Part shown: one piece after another, positions 18,031 through 27,438 of the stretch
Position numbering within the stretch: position 1 is the first letter of the stretch
Layout: each line of letters begins with the position of its first letter
Source: a virus
Taxonomy: Duplodnaviria > Caudoviricetes
Length of the DNA stretch: 54,889 bases
Strand: one strand, 5' to 3'
IMG/VR virus record: IMGVR_UViG_3300009100_000013
Span: 1 to 54,889 of that record
The notes under the pieces: model-generated
Told to the model about the DNA's origin: nothing
What the model saw: the letters and a program-made list of their open reading frames with translations, nothing else
The model's database searches: none
Position numbers and translations under genes: made by a program

Positions 18031-21000
18031 TTAATTGCCCAACAAACTTACAGCTATATCTTCTTGGCTAACGATAAGGGCTTTTTCTGAATATCCGACA
18101 GATATAACATCATTTGAAGAATTATATGTTGGGAAAATAATGCTGGCCGCTAAAACGCCATTCACACTGGTAACTGCGGTAATAATGTCACTTAATGGAA
18201 TGCTTTGACCGATTAAAGAAGAATTAACCACAGAGGCAATGGAGGATTTTACAGTATTCTCAATGTCCTGGAATTTAATTCCAGTTTTTAACCTTACACC
18301 AACTGAAATTTTAATTCTCTTAGGCAGAGGAGGTCGCAGATCAATGTAGGCTGATGTAGCCTTTATACCTGGATAAAGCGTGGAATTTTCTGGGTCACCA
18401 TAAACGACCTTGGTAGCTTCAGCGATTAATCCATTGTAATATGAATACCCATCTATACCGAAATTAGTATCCGTATCAAATTCTAATTTATTCAAAGCAT
18501 CAAACACGAATTCAAAAGAATCGCTTATTTTGCCACTCAATTGAGCAATATAATCACCGATAACGATATCTTCATAAATTGAATTAAGGGCGCTCGGGGC
18601 AGCTATCGCTACAACCGGTCTATAAAAATTACTGGTATCAGCATTGTAAAAATTAATATATGTAAATAAATTACCAGCTAAAGATGTTAATGAAACGGCA
18701 CTACTAAAATTACTATCTATGGTTAAAGTTTGAGTGCCAGATACATTTGACACAGTATATGAACCATCATTTGCAGAACCGAGAACATTTCCAGATAATA
18801 CCAATGAATCCCCTGGCAAGATTGAATCAGAGCTGTAGAATGATAAATTTGAATTGGCCGATAAGGTAGTTCTTTCTTCAATAGCGCTTGAATTTTCAAC
18901 CCAAAACCCAGTAGAAACGGCCCTTACAACTCTATAAGTTCCAGCGTTTTCCGCATTAAACACCGTACCTGGGGCAATAACCACAAAATCACCCTGAAGA
19001 ACATTGGTAAATACAGGGGCGGTTCCTACACCAGTATAAACAAAAAATGCGAAATTGCCGTGTTTTTCTACTTGTATTTTTGTAGTATTATCGCCAGAAT
19101 GAGTTCTGGCAGTATAAAAAGAACCGCCAGTGATGCTCAAAGTACTCGGCAATGAAATACTGGCTAAAGAAGAAGAACTTAATCCAACATTTTTTGACAA
19201 AGGTAGCGTAGAAGATAATTTTATCCAAGCACCAGAATAAAGCCCTGCCGAGGCCCCCGCCGTTGTTCTAATCAATTCGTAAGCTACAGGACTACCCACC
19301 GGAAGGGCTGTTCCTACGATTGTACCTCCAGCCGAATTAGCGGCTCCACCGTCAATTTTAACGGCTCCAGCAGTACCCACTATTGAAGAGGCAATTTGTA
19401 TTTTTCCACCTTGATCAGAAGCTTTTATTTCTCCTAAATTGGCTATGCCAGAAACTGCCGGTGAACCAAAAAATGCAACCACTTGTTTAGCTGTATGAGG
19501 AATTAACTTAAATTGTTCGCCAACCAAAGTATAAAGGCCATTGGTTAGGCTAAAATTCGCTTCCGTGGTAAATTGTGGTGAAGCGGTCAATGTGGCATTA
19601 TTAACCCAATTTTCTCCATCAGATAATTGAACATAATTTTGCGTTGCACCAGTAAAATCTCTAATAATTCTATTTACCAGGCCAGAACCAGATTCACCTA
19701 CACCTAAGCTAGCTGTTACATAATTATTAACATTTTGATTCATCCATGAAATCAAATTGTTTGCAGTAGCCGTAGCAGAAATTGGATAAAATTTCAAATT
19801 AGATGTTGCACCTAAAGTTTTGGCAACGCTTTCAGAAGTTGCACTTGCATTATAATTTGTTACGGTAAATGTCGTTTGAGAAACGTTAGTGACCCTAAAG
19901 ATTCCTTGATTACCGGCTGTAAAATTGGTATTTGGACCAATGTAGGCTATATCACCGGCAATTACCCCATCACTTACAAAAGTGGGCGTTGTACCAGAGT
20001 TCCAGAAATAAGTTGCATTAGGCGCCGAATATGATATAGTAAAAGAAGTTGTTCCATCATATGTTGCGGCTCTTTGACTATCAGATGATAGTAAAACAGT
20101 TAAATCAACGCCACCAGCAGTATTTCCAGAATTTAAAGTATATGAAAAGCTAGTATTTGGACCATAAGGATATCCCAAAAAGAATCTATATTGATTTCCA
20201 TCCGGACCGTATTTAGCAGATCTTACAATAAATCCGTTATTACTCCCATCGGCATCAACAATTGCTCTAGCCCTGGACCACAATTTATAATTTGAAAAGT
20301 CGAAAGCACCACCAAAAGAGGTTGTTAAGCCAATGTTACCCCCATCCACATCAGTGGCCGAAAATGAATTGGCCGTAGGACTTGGACTAGAGTTTACAGA
20401 AATAGTTCTGAAGGCATTTAATTTAATAGATTTTTCAACGGGAGAATTATCAAAAACAAGAAACAAGGAATCCGTGCCGGAAAAATCAAAGGCATTAGCA
20501 ATATAAGCTCTATCACCAACAAGCCTATCTTTTATAGTTGGTTTAGCAACCAATGTAACCGTAGTTGAACCAGATACGAGATGTCTAATCCCTGTCCAAT
20601 TATAAATATTATTTCCAAATCTATTGGTAGATGAAGTATTAAAGGTTTTAACAAATCCAGCCATTTTATCTGGCGAAATGGTTACAGAAGTGGTGCTATT
20701 GAATAAATAAGTAGTAGTTGATGTATCATTTACTGATACAATCAAAGGCGTTGTAAATAAAGGCGTGCCTATTTCTTTGTTGGCGCTTTCAACGAAGCCT
20801 ATGTGACTTGTTGTAGAAAAATCATCATCACCTATTGTGAAATCAAATGTTTGTCCATTTAAATCTGCTGTTAAAAAGTAAATTTGACCAACATCTTCAT
20901 TAAATGTGTTAGTAGTTAATCTGATTCTATCAGTATCGGCAACTTTTGACTCTATTCCAACTAATTTATTAGAATTAATTGTTTCGGTCCATTGAATTAA

Positions 21001-23286
21001 AGATTGATTGATAGGGCCTGTTCTAAAGTCTTGTACAATGCCATTGCTTCTTACAACTTTGAAGCTATCGTTATTAACCAAAGTGTAAGTTCCGCCGTTA
21101 CCGTTAGCCTTTTCTACATCAATATAAGTGCTAGCATCGGTATTACTAATTCTAAAATAACCTCTATTATCAGCATGAGTTATAGCTGTATCCCAAATAA
21201 TAGCCCAGTCACCGATGCTAGCATTAACGAAAGTGTTGGCCGCAGATGTGTATCTCCAAATGTTTGTGCCAACATTTGTAACAGTAATGTTTGCACCAGA
21301 AATAGCAGAAGTGCTGATTATTTCAACTTCAGAATCATTTAATGTAAATAAATTAGCCGTCGCAGCGACGTTGACTATGCCAGAAGTCAAAGCATCTGTT
21401 TGAACATAGGCTCTAGTATCTGATGTACCAGCTTGAAATGTATCACCAGTTTCAGCAGCATCGGTAAGAATAACTTGGCCCGTACCTCTAATTAAACTAT
21501 AATCAGAAGATTGACCTTGGCTCAATTCTACAGAAAACACCCCGCCGACAGTTACTAACGTTCCGCCAACAATCTCAATGCTAGCTAAATCACTTGCACC
21601 TTTATTAGATTTAATTTGTAGTATATTACCAGATACAACGCCTGTAGCCCCTGGAATCGTACTATTTACGGCATTTGCCCAAGCTTCTAGGGTGGCGCTT
21701 TGAGGGCTATACGGAGATAAATTACTTGAATCAAAAGTGTATGTAGCATCGGGCGTGCCATCAACAGATAAAATTAACGTGTAGCTAGAAGAAGATAGCC
21801 CCCAAGGATAAGCGATACTTTCAACCAACGCTTCTGAACCATCTTTGATTAATTCATCGTCATTTTTATAAAGTTTTAAGGTATACTGTCTTCCTGTTTG
21901 GAAATTGAATATTTCATTGGCATCGGTTCCGGAAATTGGAACGGCTATTTCCATATCCTCATTTGTATCAGCTTTTGCGCTTAAAACTATTTTAGTGGCG
22001 CCTTCGGCTGTTCTAGCTGTAAATAACAAATCTGAATTAGCATTGATACTGGCTACAATTTCATAGGCTGTAGCGCTGGTAATATCAAAAAAATCAGCAG
22101 AGGAGAATGAATGTTCAGATAACACGCCTCCCACTTGTAAAGCTAATTTTGAACCATCCGTCAATAAAAATGGTTGACTTGATAAAGAGGTGATTTGAGC
22201 TTTAACTAAGGCCGGATTGACCAATTGTAGGAATTTTTGTCCACCAACAGCGTTATCTAGAATAATTTCTTCGCCAACACCTGTATAAATTGGCTCGTAT
22301 GCCGTACCATCATCTACATATAAGATAGTAGGATCATTACCTGTAGCTTCGGCAATTGAGGCAGAAATTATTCTTTTTTGTTCGTCGGCAGCAACTAGGT
22401 TTATAACACCGTTTAAAATAGATTGATTTGTACCATTAGTATTGGTTGAATTTTTCTTTTTAATTCGGTCTCTTAAATCTATATCACCTTCTTCATCACG
22501 CGCGTTGGTAAAAGGAAATTCGTTGCTAACCGATAGATTTGGAAAAGGAGGTGATGGAAAATCAGTAATTGCATTTGATGGAACGTTGCCAGTAGTGCCT
22601 AGCGATTCACAAATGCAAGATACGCCCGTAACAGTATCTTCACCGTCTAGCAAAATGGCTGAATCTAAAATAGAAAATGAAACTGGGGCGTCGACGCCAA
22701 TTACACCAGTGTTAACCAAAGTTCCAGAGGGGATCGTTCTGTTACCGCCTTGAGCCAATATTACCGATTCACCTGTATTATGGAATTTATTGGTTGAAGC
22801 GTTTAAGGTTATTTTATAATAATTTCCTACAGCAACAATTGCTGTATAAGGAATTGGTCCTTCAATATTAACCGTTCCGCGTCCAATATATAATGAACCG
22901 GTACTTGGCCAAGTTGAAGCGTCATTTACATAAATAATTGACGAATTGGCAATAGGAGCTGGTAAACCTTGATAAATGGTAGTATTTAATTTTGTAAAGC
23001 TATTGTCAGTAATGGTAATTGGACCAGAGGATTTTGATGCAGGTAATCTTGATAAACCTCTTTGAGCAGCCAAAAGGTCTAAAATAGCTCCTTCTGCCCT
23101 ATCGATATCAATTGAATCAAGAGCTGCTAAAATGTCATTTGCAACACCAAAATCGCTTTCGGCTGCACTTTCAAGAATTGAAAGAAGCACTGAGCCACTT
23201 TCCAAGTCCGATAGACCCGCTTCGGATTGGACGCGACGAATCATTAAACCCAAGATCTGTTCATACGAACGTAATTCTAATGCCAT
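18031..23286 (-). CDS. baseplate J-like wedge protein, greatly enlarged (1751 aa)
   Basis: N-terminal SDLESGSVLLSILE..A.G..LD.LA...GLSRLPA, G..GNV....I, DEEGDIDLRDRI. C-terminal IGQSIPLSDIITAV..VNGV. Confidence 0.85.
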   Translation of the reverse strand: MALELRSYEQILGLMIRRVQSEAGLSDLESGSVLLSILESAAESDFGVANDILAALDSIDIDRAEGAILDLLAAQRGLSRLPASKSSGPITITDNSFTKLNTTIYQGLPAPIANSSIIYVNDASTWPSTGSLYIGRGTVNIEGPIPYTAIVAVGNYYKITLNASTNKFHNTGESVILAQGGNRTIPSGTLVNTGVIGVDAPVSFSILDSAILLDGEDTVTGVSCICESLGTTGNVPSNAITDFPSPPFPNLSVSNEFPFTNARDEEGDIDLRDRIKKKNSTNTNGTNQSILNGVINLVAADEQKRIISASIAEATGNDPTILYVDDGTAYEPIYTGVGEEIILDNAVGGQKFLQLVNPALVKAQITSLSSQPFLLTDGSKLALQVGGVLSEHSFSSADFFDITSATAYEIVASINANSDLLFTARTAEGATKIVLSAKADTNEDMEIAVPISGTDANEIFNFQTGRQYTLKLYKNDDELIKDGSEALVESIAYPWGLSSSSYTLILSVDGTPDATYTFDSSNLSPYSPQSATLEAWANAVNSTIPGATGVVSGNILQIKSNKGASDLASIEIVGGTLVTVGGVFSVELSQGQSSDYSLIRGTGQVILTDAAETGDTFQAGTSDTRAYVQTDALTSGIVNVAATANLFTLNDSEVEIISTSAISGANITVTNVGTNIWRYTSAANTFVNASIGDWAIIWDTAITHADNRGYFRISNTDASTYIDVEKANGNGGTYTLVNNDSFKVVRSNGIVQDFRTGPINQSLIQWTETINSNKLVGIESKVADTDRIRLTTNTFNEDVGQIYFLTADLNGQTFDFTIGDDDFSTTSHIGFVESANKEIGTPLFTTPLIVSVNDTSTTTYLFNSTTSVTISPDKMAGFVKTFNTSSTNRFGNNIYNWTGIRHLVSGSTTVTLVAKPTIKDRLVGDRAYIANAFDFSGTDSLFLVFDNSPVEKSIKLNAFRTISVNSSPSPTANSFSATDVDGGNIGLTTSFGGAFDFSNYKLWSRARAIVDADGSNNGFIVRSAKYGPDGNQYRFFLGYPYGPNTSFSYTLNSGNTAGGVDLTVLLSSDSQRAATYDGTTSFTISYSAPNATYFWNSGTTPTFVSDGVIAGDIAYIGPNTNFTAGNQGIFRVTNVSQTTFTVTNYNASATSESVAKTLGATSNLKFYPISATATANNLISWMNQNVNNYVTASLGVGESGSGLVNRIIRDFTGATQNYVQLSDGENWVNNATLTASPQFTTEANFSLTNGLYTLVGEQFKLIPHTAKQVVAFFGSPAVSGIANLGEIKASDQGGKIQIASSIVGTAGAVKIDGGAANSAGGTIVGTALPVGSPVAYELIRTTAGASAGLYSGAWIKLSSTLPLSKNVGLSSSSLASISLPSTLSITGGSFYTARTHSGDNTTKIQVEKHGNFAFFVYTGVGTAPVFTNVLQGDFVVIAPGTVFNAENAGTYRVVRAVSTGFWVENSSAIEERTTLSANSNLSFYSSDSILPGDSLVLSGNVLGSANDGSYTVSNVSGTQTLTIDSNFSSAVSLTSLAGNLFTYINFYNADTSNFYRPVVAIAAPSALNSIYEDIVIGDYIAQLSGKISDSFEFVFDALNKLEFDTDTNFGIDGYSYYNGLIAEATKVVYGDPENSTLYPGIKATSAYIDLRPPLPKRIKISVGVRLKTGIKFQDIENTVKSSIASVVNSSLIGQSIPLSDIITAVTSVNGVLAASIIFPTYNSSNDVISVGYSEKALIVSQEDIAVSLLGN

Positions 23287-23297
23287 TTTTTCACTTG

Positions 23298-23311
23298 TAA
23301 ATTAAAGGTGG
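23298..23311. repeat. 14-bp inverted repeat, copy B (TAAATTAAAGGTGG)
   Basis: Perfect reverse complement of 15653-15666. Lies in the short leader of the baseplate J gene. Confidence 0.9.
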
Positions 23312-23321
23312 GATTTATCAT

Positions 23322-23329
23322 AGATTAAG
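23322..23329 (-). promoter_or_regulatory. candidate late promoter CTTAATCT (upstream of baseplate J)
   Basis: The 14-mer CTTAAACTTAATCT is identical to the one at 15713-15726. Confidence 0.65.
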
Positions 23330-23330
23330 T

Positions 23331-25985
23331 TTAAGTGCTAATACGGAAAGAAAAGGGCAAAACGCTGTTGTTTGCATTCACAGTAACGCCTCCGCTTAAA
23401 CGTAAAATAGGTCCTTGCAAATCTACAGAAATAAATTGAACTTCGCCAAATCTAGCATCGGAAATAATGGTAGAAATTGCTTGATCTTTGACTTCATTTG
23501 CCGTAATATCGGTAACGGCGGTTCCGGGTTGTAAACCAGAACCGTATGAAGGATGTCTCAATAAAGACCCCTTTTCAGTAATAAACTTTAATCGCAAAGC
23601 TTGCTGTAAATTGGCCATGCCACCAACAAGAACTACTTTGCCAGTTTTACTTAAAACAACATCATTATCGGAGCCAAGAGCGATATCCACGCCTGTAAAA
23701 TTGGATAATTGATCTATATCTTGAAAGTAATATGGCAATGGTCTCAATCTTGATGGAATATTATTTGGAGCATCATTTGAAGGAATGAATATGGTATTAT
23801 TAGAATTTACAGTGCCTTTGGCAAAATATTGAATTTTTGCCTCATCCCCCAATTCCAATATGGACAAATTGTCATCACCATCTACCGTTATCAAATAATT
23901 ATTATTATTCAATCTTTTAACATTTACAATAGTTCTAGAAAATGGTACCACAACTTCACTGCTTAAAATGATTTTTTGACCGATATATAACGCAGACCCG
24001 TCTTCAATAGAAATATTGTTACCATTGCCATTACTTAATAGACTTTGATAAACACCATCTTCATCAATAAAAGGTGGGGCCAAGCCGTTTAATAAAGCTA
24101 TTTCAATAGCTCTTCCAGAATCATCCAGATAGTACCGAGCTATTTCTTCTAAAGTTTTGCCATATAATACAGGAACGGCAATTTTACCAGCAGATTCACG
24201 AACATTTAATCCAGCAGATGAAGCTAGGCTGCCAATAAAATTAAATGACTCATTAATGGAATTGTCTCCGGCCACTTCAAAAGCTGTAAACTCATCTAAA
24301 ATTCTAACTAAATCTCGTATAGCTTTTAATAAATCCATCTCTTTTCGGGACGGTCTTCTAGTTACAGAAGGGTAATTAACGCTATAATAACGTAACGTGG
24401 TATCGGTAGTTGTGTCGCCCAAACCAAATGAAACGGCACAATCTCTAGAAAACTGCTCTGCAAAAGATTTCATTTTAACAAAGTCTTGTCTATTGTAGTT
24501 TCTAACCCTGGCGATTTCATCTGCAATCTTATTTTGTAAATTGGATGGTATATTAAGTAAATCTAAAGGAATTGCATCCAATAAAGGTCCGCCAAAATTA
24601 GAATCACTTAAGATTTTATCTAATAAAGGCGTAGAAGAAACGGGCTTGTTTACTGAACCGGCTGCCGGACCTGGTCTATCAGCAGCAACATTTGTACCAG
24701 TAGAGCCTGATTGGTCATTTGTGCTTAATAAAGCGGATGTAGTTTGATTGCCTTGAGTATCTGGGCTCCCTTGGTTTGTTTCACCCAAAAGGGTATTTAT
24801 AAAGTTTTTAGGAAACTGATTAAAACTTTTTTCAACAGATTTCCAAGCTCCTTCTACATCAGCTACAGCTGATAAGATCGGTCCTTTTGCCGCCAAAACT
24901 AAGTCACCCGGTAAATCAACTATAGTTTTGGCAATACCGGCCAAGTCTTTACCAATTAGAATCAATTCTCTAACAACATTAACCAATCTAGCAAAGTCTG
25001 CCCTAATGGCATTGCCTATATTAGCCACTTGTTGTAATATCTTTCTAACTCCTTGTAATGCTTGAATAATGCCTTGTATTTTACCTATATTCTCAAAAAT
25101 TCCTTGGGATAAAGATTTGTCCAAAGAATCTTTAGCTCCACCGCTAATTTTAATTCTTTTCCAAGCTTCTAATTGCATTGTGTAACGATATTCTAATGGA
25201 CTATCGGCACTGCGCTGCATTGTAAATCTTTTTGGAGTAATTAAATACGTAGTGTTATCTTTAGCAATATCCAGAGCTAATCGTAAATCGCGATTTTCTG
25301 GTCTTTTAGAAATATCAGCCCAAAGGTCTAAAAAATCCTTTAATTTGTGAAATTGAGCATAACCAGTGTTTTCCAACTCGGGTGTGTTGGTTGCACCAAC
25401 ACCACCAACCGCTTGAAGTTGACTTCTAACGTTTTGAACTTGTCTACCAACAGCTTGAGCTGAACGAAGTGTATTACCGGCTAATTCTCCTAAAATTCCA
25501 GAAGAATACGATTCTGCGCCCAATTGTCTAAATGGCAATACTCCGGTAGTACCGGCAATCGTTATCATTCGCAAAGGAGCGCCATTATTTTCAATTAAAA
25601 TGCCATCACTCAAAACGGTTGTTTGATTGGCAAAAATTGTATCAATACTCAAATTTTGAGGAGCTATTGGTAAAACGAAGATTGGTTGAGTTAATTGACC
25701 AGAAATTAATCCGTTTCCTAAAATGGAATATTCTGTATTATCAGAAGGAGAACCGGTATTTAAAGGATTTTTAACCTTGCTTTCGGAGGCTTTAAGAATC
25801 ATAAGCCTATAAGGCAATAATTTATTCCAATTATCTGATTTAAAAAGAAAATTTTGTGAAATCGGAAAAAATTCACTTTCTGCAATCTTTTGATTAATTG
25901 CATCTTTTATTACATTATAAATTTCTGTGCCTGATGCATTTTTATTTGCACCAAACGAAATTACTTTATTTTGTAATAATGCCAT
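23331..25985 (-). CDS. tail initiator / LysM-like / gp25(gpW)-like baseplate fusion protein
   Basis: N-terminal tube-initiator-like region (LPIAPQNLSI...ITIAGTTG), central GKTLEEIARYYL....IEIALLNGL (LysM-like), C-terminal NLQQALRLKFITEKGSLLRHPSYG (gp25-like). Confidence 0.7.
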   Translation of the reverse strand: MALLQNKVISFGANKNASGTEIYNVIKDAINQKIAESEFFPISQNFLFKSDNWNKLLPYRLMILKASESKVKNPLNTGSPSDNTEYSILGNGLISGQLTQPIFVLPIAPQNLSIDTIFANQTTVLSDGILIENNGAPLRMITIAGTTGVLPFRQLGAESYSSGILGELAGNTLRSAQAVGRQVQNVRSQLQAVGGVGATNTPELENTGYAQFHKLKDFLDLWADISKRPENRDLRLALDIAKDNTTYLITPKRFTMQRSADSPLEYRYTMQLEAWKRIKISGGAKDSLDKSLSQGIFENIGKIQGIIQALQGVRKILQQVANIGNAIRADFARLVNVVRELILIGKDLAGIAKTIVDLPGDLVLAAKGPILSAVADVEGAWKSVEKSFNQFPKNFINTLLGETNQGSPDTQGNQTTSALLSTNDQSGSTGTNVAADRPGPAAGSVNKPVSSTPLLDKILSDSNFGGPLLDAIPLDLLNIPSNLQNKIADEIARVRNYNRQDFVKMKSFAEQFSRDCAVSFGLGDTTTDTTLRYYSVNYPSVTRRPSRKEMDLLKAIRDLVRILDEFTAFEVAGDNSINESFNFIGSLASSAGLNVRESAGKIAVPVLYGKTLEEIARYYLDDSGRAIEIALLNGLAPPFIDEDGVYQSLLSNGNGNNISIEDGSALYIGQKIILSSEVVVPFSRTIVNVKRLNNNNYLITVDGDDNLSILELGDEAKIQYFAKGTVNSNNTIFIPSNDAPNNIPSRLRPLPYYFQDIDQLSNFTGVDIALGSDNDVVLSKTGKVVLVGGMANLQQALRLKFITEKGSLLRHPSYGSGLQPGTAVTDITANEVKDQAISTIISDARFGEVQFISVDLQGPILRLSGGVTVNANNSVLPFSFRIST

Positions 25986-25991
25986 AATATA

Positions 25992-25999
25992 AGGTTAAG
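25992..25999 (-). promoter_or_regulatory. candidate late promoter CTTAACCT, leaderless
   Basis: Exactly 6 nt before the ATG at 25985, no SD. Confidence 0.65.
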
Positions 26000-26002
26000 G
26001 TT

Positions 26003-26488
26003 TTAGACTATGGGAAAAGCAGTTGGTGGAGGCAAAGCAATAATAGCCTGACCTCCCTGAGAAACGCCATATATAGCAGCAGCTATGGTATTAGCAGCAG
26101 CCGTTAAATCTAAGTTGCCTTGAGTATTAGCTAAGAAAATTGGTGGCAATAAAGCACTTAATGTAGAAATTGAAGGTGGTGGTGTAAGTACCGTAGCAGT
26201 GGGGAAAAGCGTAGAAGCTAAAGGAACCATTGCCGCCCAAAAAGCATTGACAGCATCGGCTATTTTTTGAGCTCCTTGGCCAGAATTGGACAATCCAGTT
26301 GCGGCCGCTATAAAGGCTGCTTTTGGAAGTGATTGAAGGCTCAATGGAACAATTGGGACCGGACCGGCCTGAGCCGTGCTCATAAAATCTACATAAGCAC
26401 TAGCTAATTTTTCAACGGCAACAGATTCCTGATCAGTTGGAGTCATATTGGCCAGACCGGCAGCTAATGTGGCTTGAATTAAGGGCAT
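26003..26488 (-). CDS. hypothetical Ala/Pro-rich baseplate-region protein
   Basis: 161-aa ORF between the spike and the gp25-like gene. Confidence 0.6.
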   Translation of the reverse strand: MPLIQATLAAGLANMTPTDQESVAVEKLASAYVDFMSTAQAGPVPIVPLSLQSLPKAAFIAAATGLSNSGQGAQKIADAVNAFWAAMVPLASTLFPTATVLTPPPSISTLSALLPPIFLANTQGNLDLTAAANTIAAAIYGVSQGGQAIIALPPPTAFPIV

Positions 26489-26490
26489 AA

Positions 26491-27438
26491 TTATTTAGGC
26501 AATTTAGATGATTTGCTAATTATAGCATCATCCCAACTAGGCGCTGGCCCGCTACCGGCTAGTATGGTGCCCGACGGCCCAACGCCCGTTGGAACTTTTG
26601 CAGTCTCTATGTAATTTTTTAATTGGTTATATAACTGTTGCAAAGGCTCTGCTACGGCAACACTTTTTGCACCATCGCCTAAAGTCATTTTAGCATCACC
26701 ATCTTTATCTTTTAGTTCTAAGGTTTTACCATCCTTTATTTTAATTTCTATAGAGCCATCTTTTTTAATAGTAATTAAATTATCAGCATCGTTTACCTTT
26801 TCTTTACTTGTGGTAGAAAGCTTAATTTCTCCATCATTATTTATTTGAATAAAACTATAAGCTTGTTCTTCTTTCCCTTTATCAGTATCTAATGAACCAT
26901 CGCTTTTAGTTGGACCAAATCTTTGTAAAAGCAATTCACCATTTTTATCTATATTTACATCAATTCCATTAAATGTAAACTGCAAATAATGTCCATAATC
27001 CTCTTTCGGAACTTTTCTATCAGAATCCTTTGGAATATCTATAAAAGGAACGCCACCTAAAATAATGGGCGTTGAAGCACTTCCATTTATCATTGCTACC
27101 AATACATAAGTGCCTAAAAGTTCAGAACTTTTTACTTCACCTTTAGTGATTCCAAATACATCTTTTTCATTTTTTCTTAGAGTATACGTTAAATAATCGG
27201 CCAATCCTCCAAAACTATCTAATAATTGACAATTATATAGAACAAATTGATTAAACCCATCTGTCTTTTCAGTAATTAAAATATTATAAGTAATAGTCTT
27301 AAATCCATTATTGTTATCAGGGTATACGATATCTATTACTTGGCCAATTTTTAAGCTAAAGTTATTGTTTACAAAATTGTCAAAATTGTCATTTGATGAC
27401 AAGCTCATCCACGAAGGAATAACGAATCCATTATTCAT
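26491..27438 (-). CDS. baseplate central spike (gpV/gp5-like)
   Basis: OB-fold-like N-terminus (LKIGQVIDIVYP...VLVAMING...PIILGG), beta-repeat middle, C-terminal VPTGVGPSG. Follows the hub. Confidence 0.7.
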   Translation of the reverse strand: MNNGFVIPSWMSLSSNDNFDNFVNNNFSLKIGQVIDIVYPDNNNGFKTITYNILITEKTDGFNQFVLYNCQLLDSFGGLADYLTYTLRKNEKDVFGITKGEVKSSELLGTYVLVAMINGSASTPIILGGVPFIDIPKDSDRKVPKEDYGHYLQFTFNGIDVNIDKNGELLLQRFGPTKSDGSLDTDKGKEEQAYSFIQINNDGEIKLSTTSKEKVNDADNLITIKKDGSIEIKIKDGKTLELKDKDGDAKMTLGDGAKSVAVAEPLQQLYNQLKNYIETAKVPTGVGPSGTILAGSGPAPSWDDAIISKSSKLPK

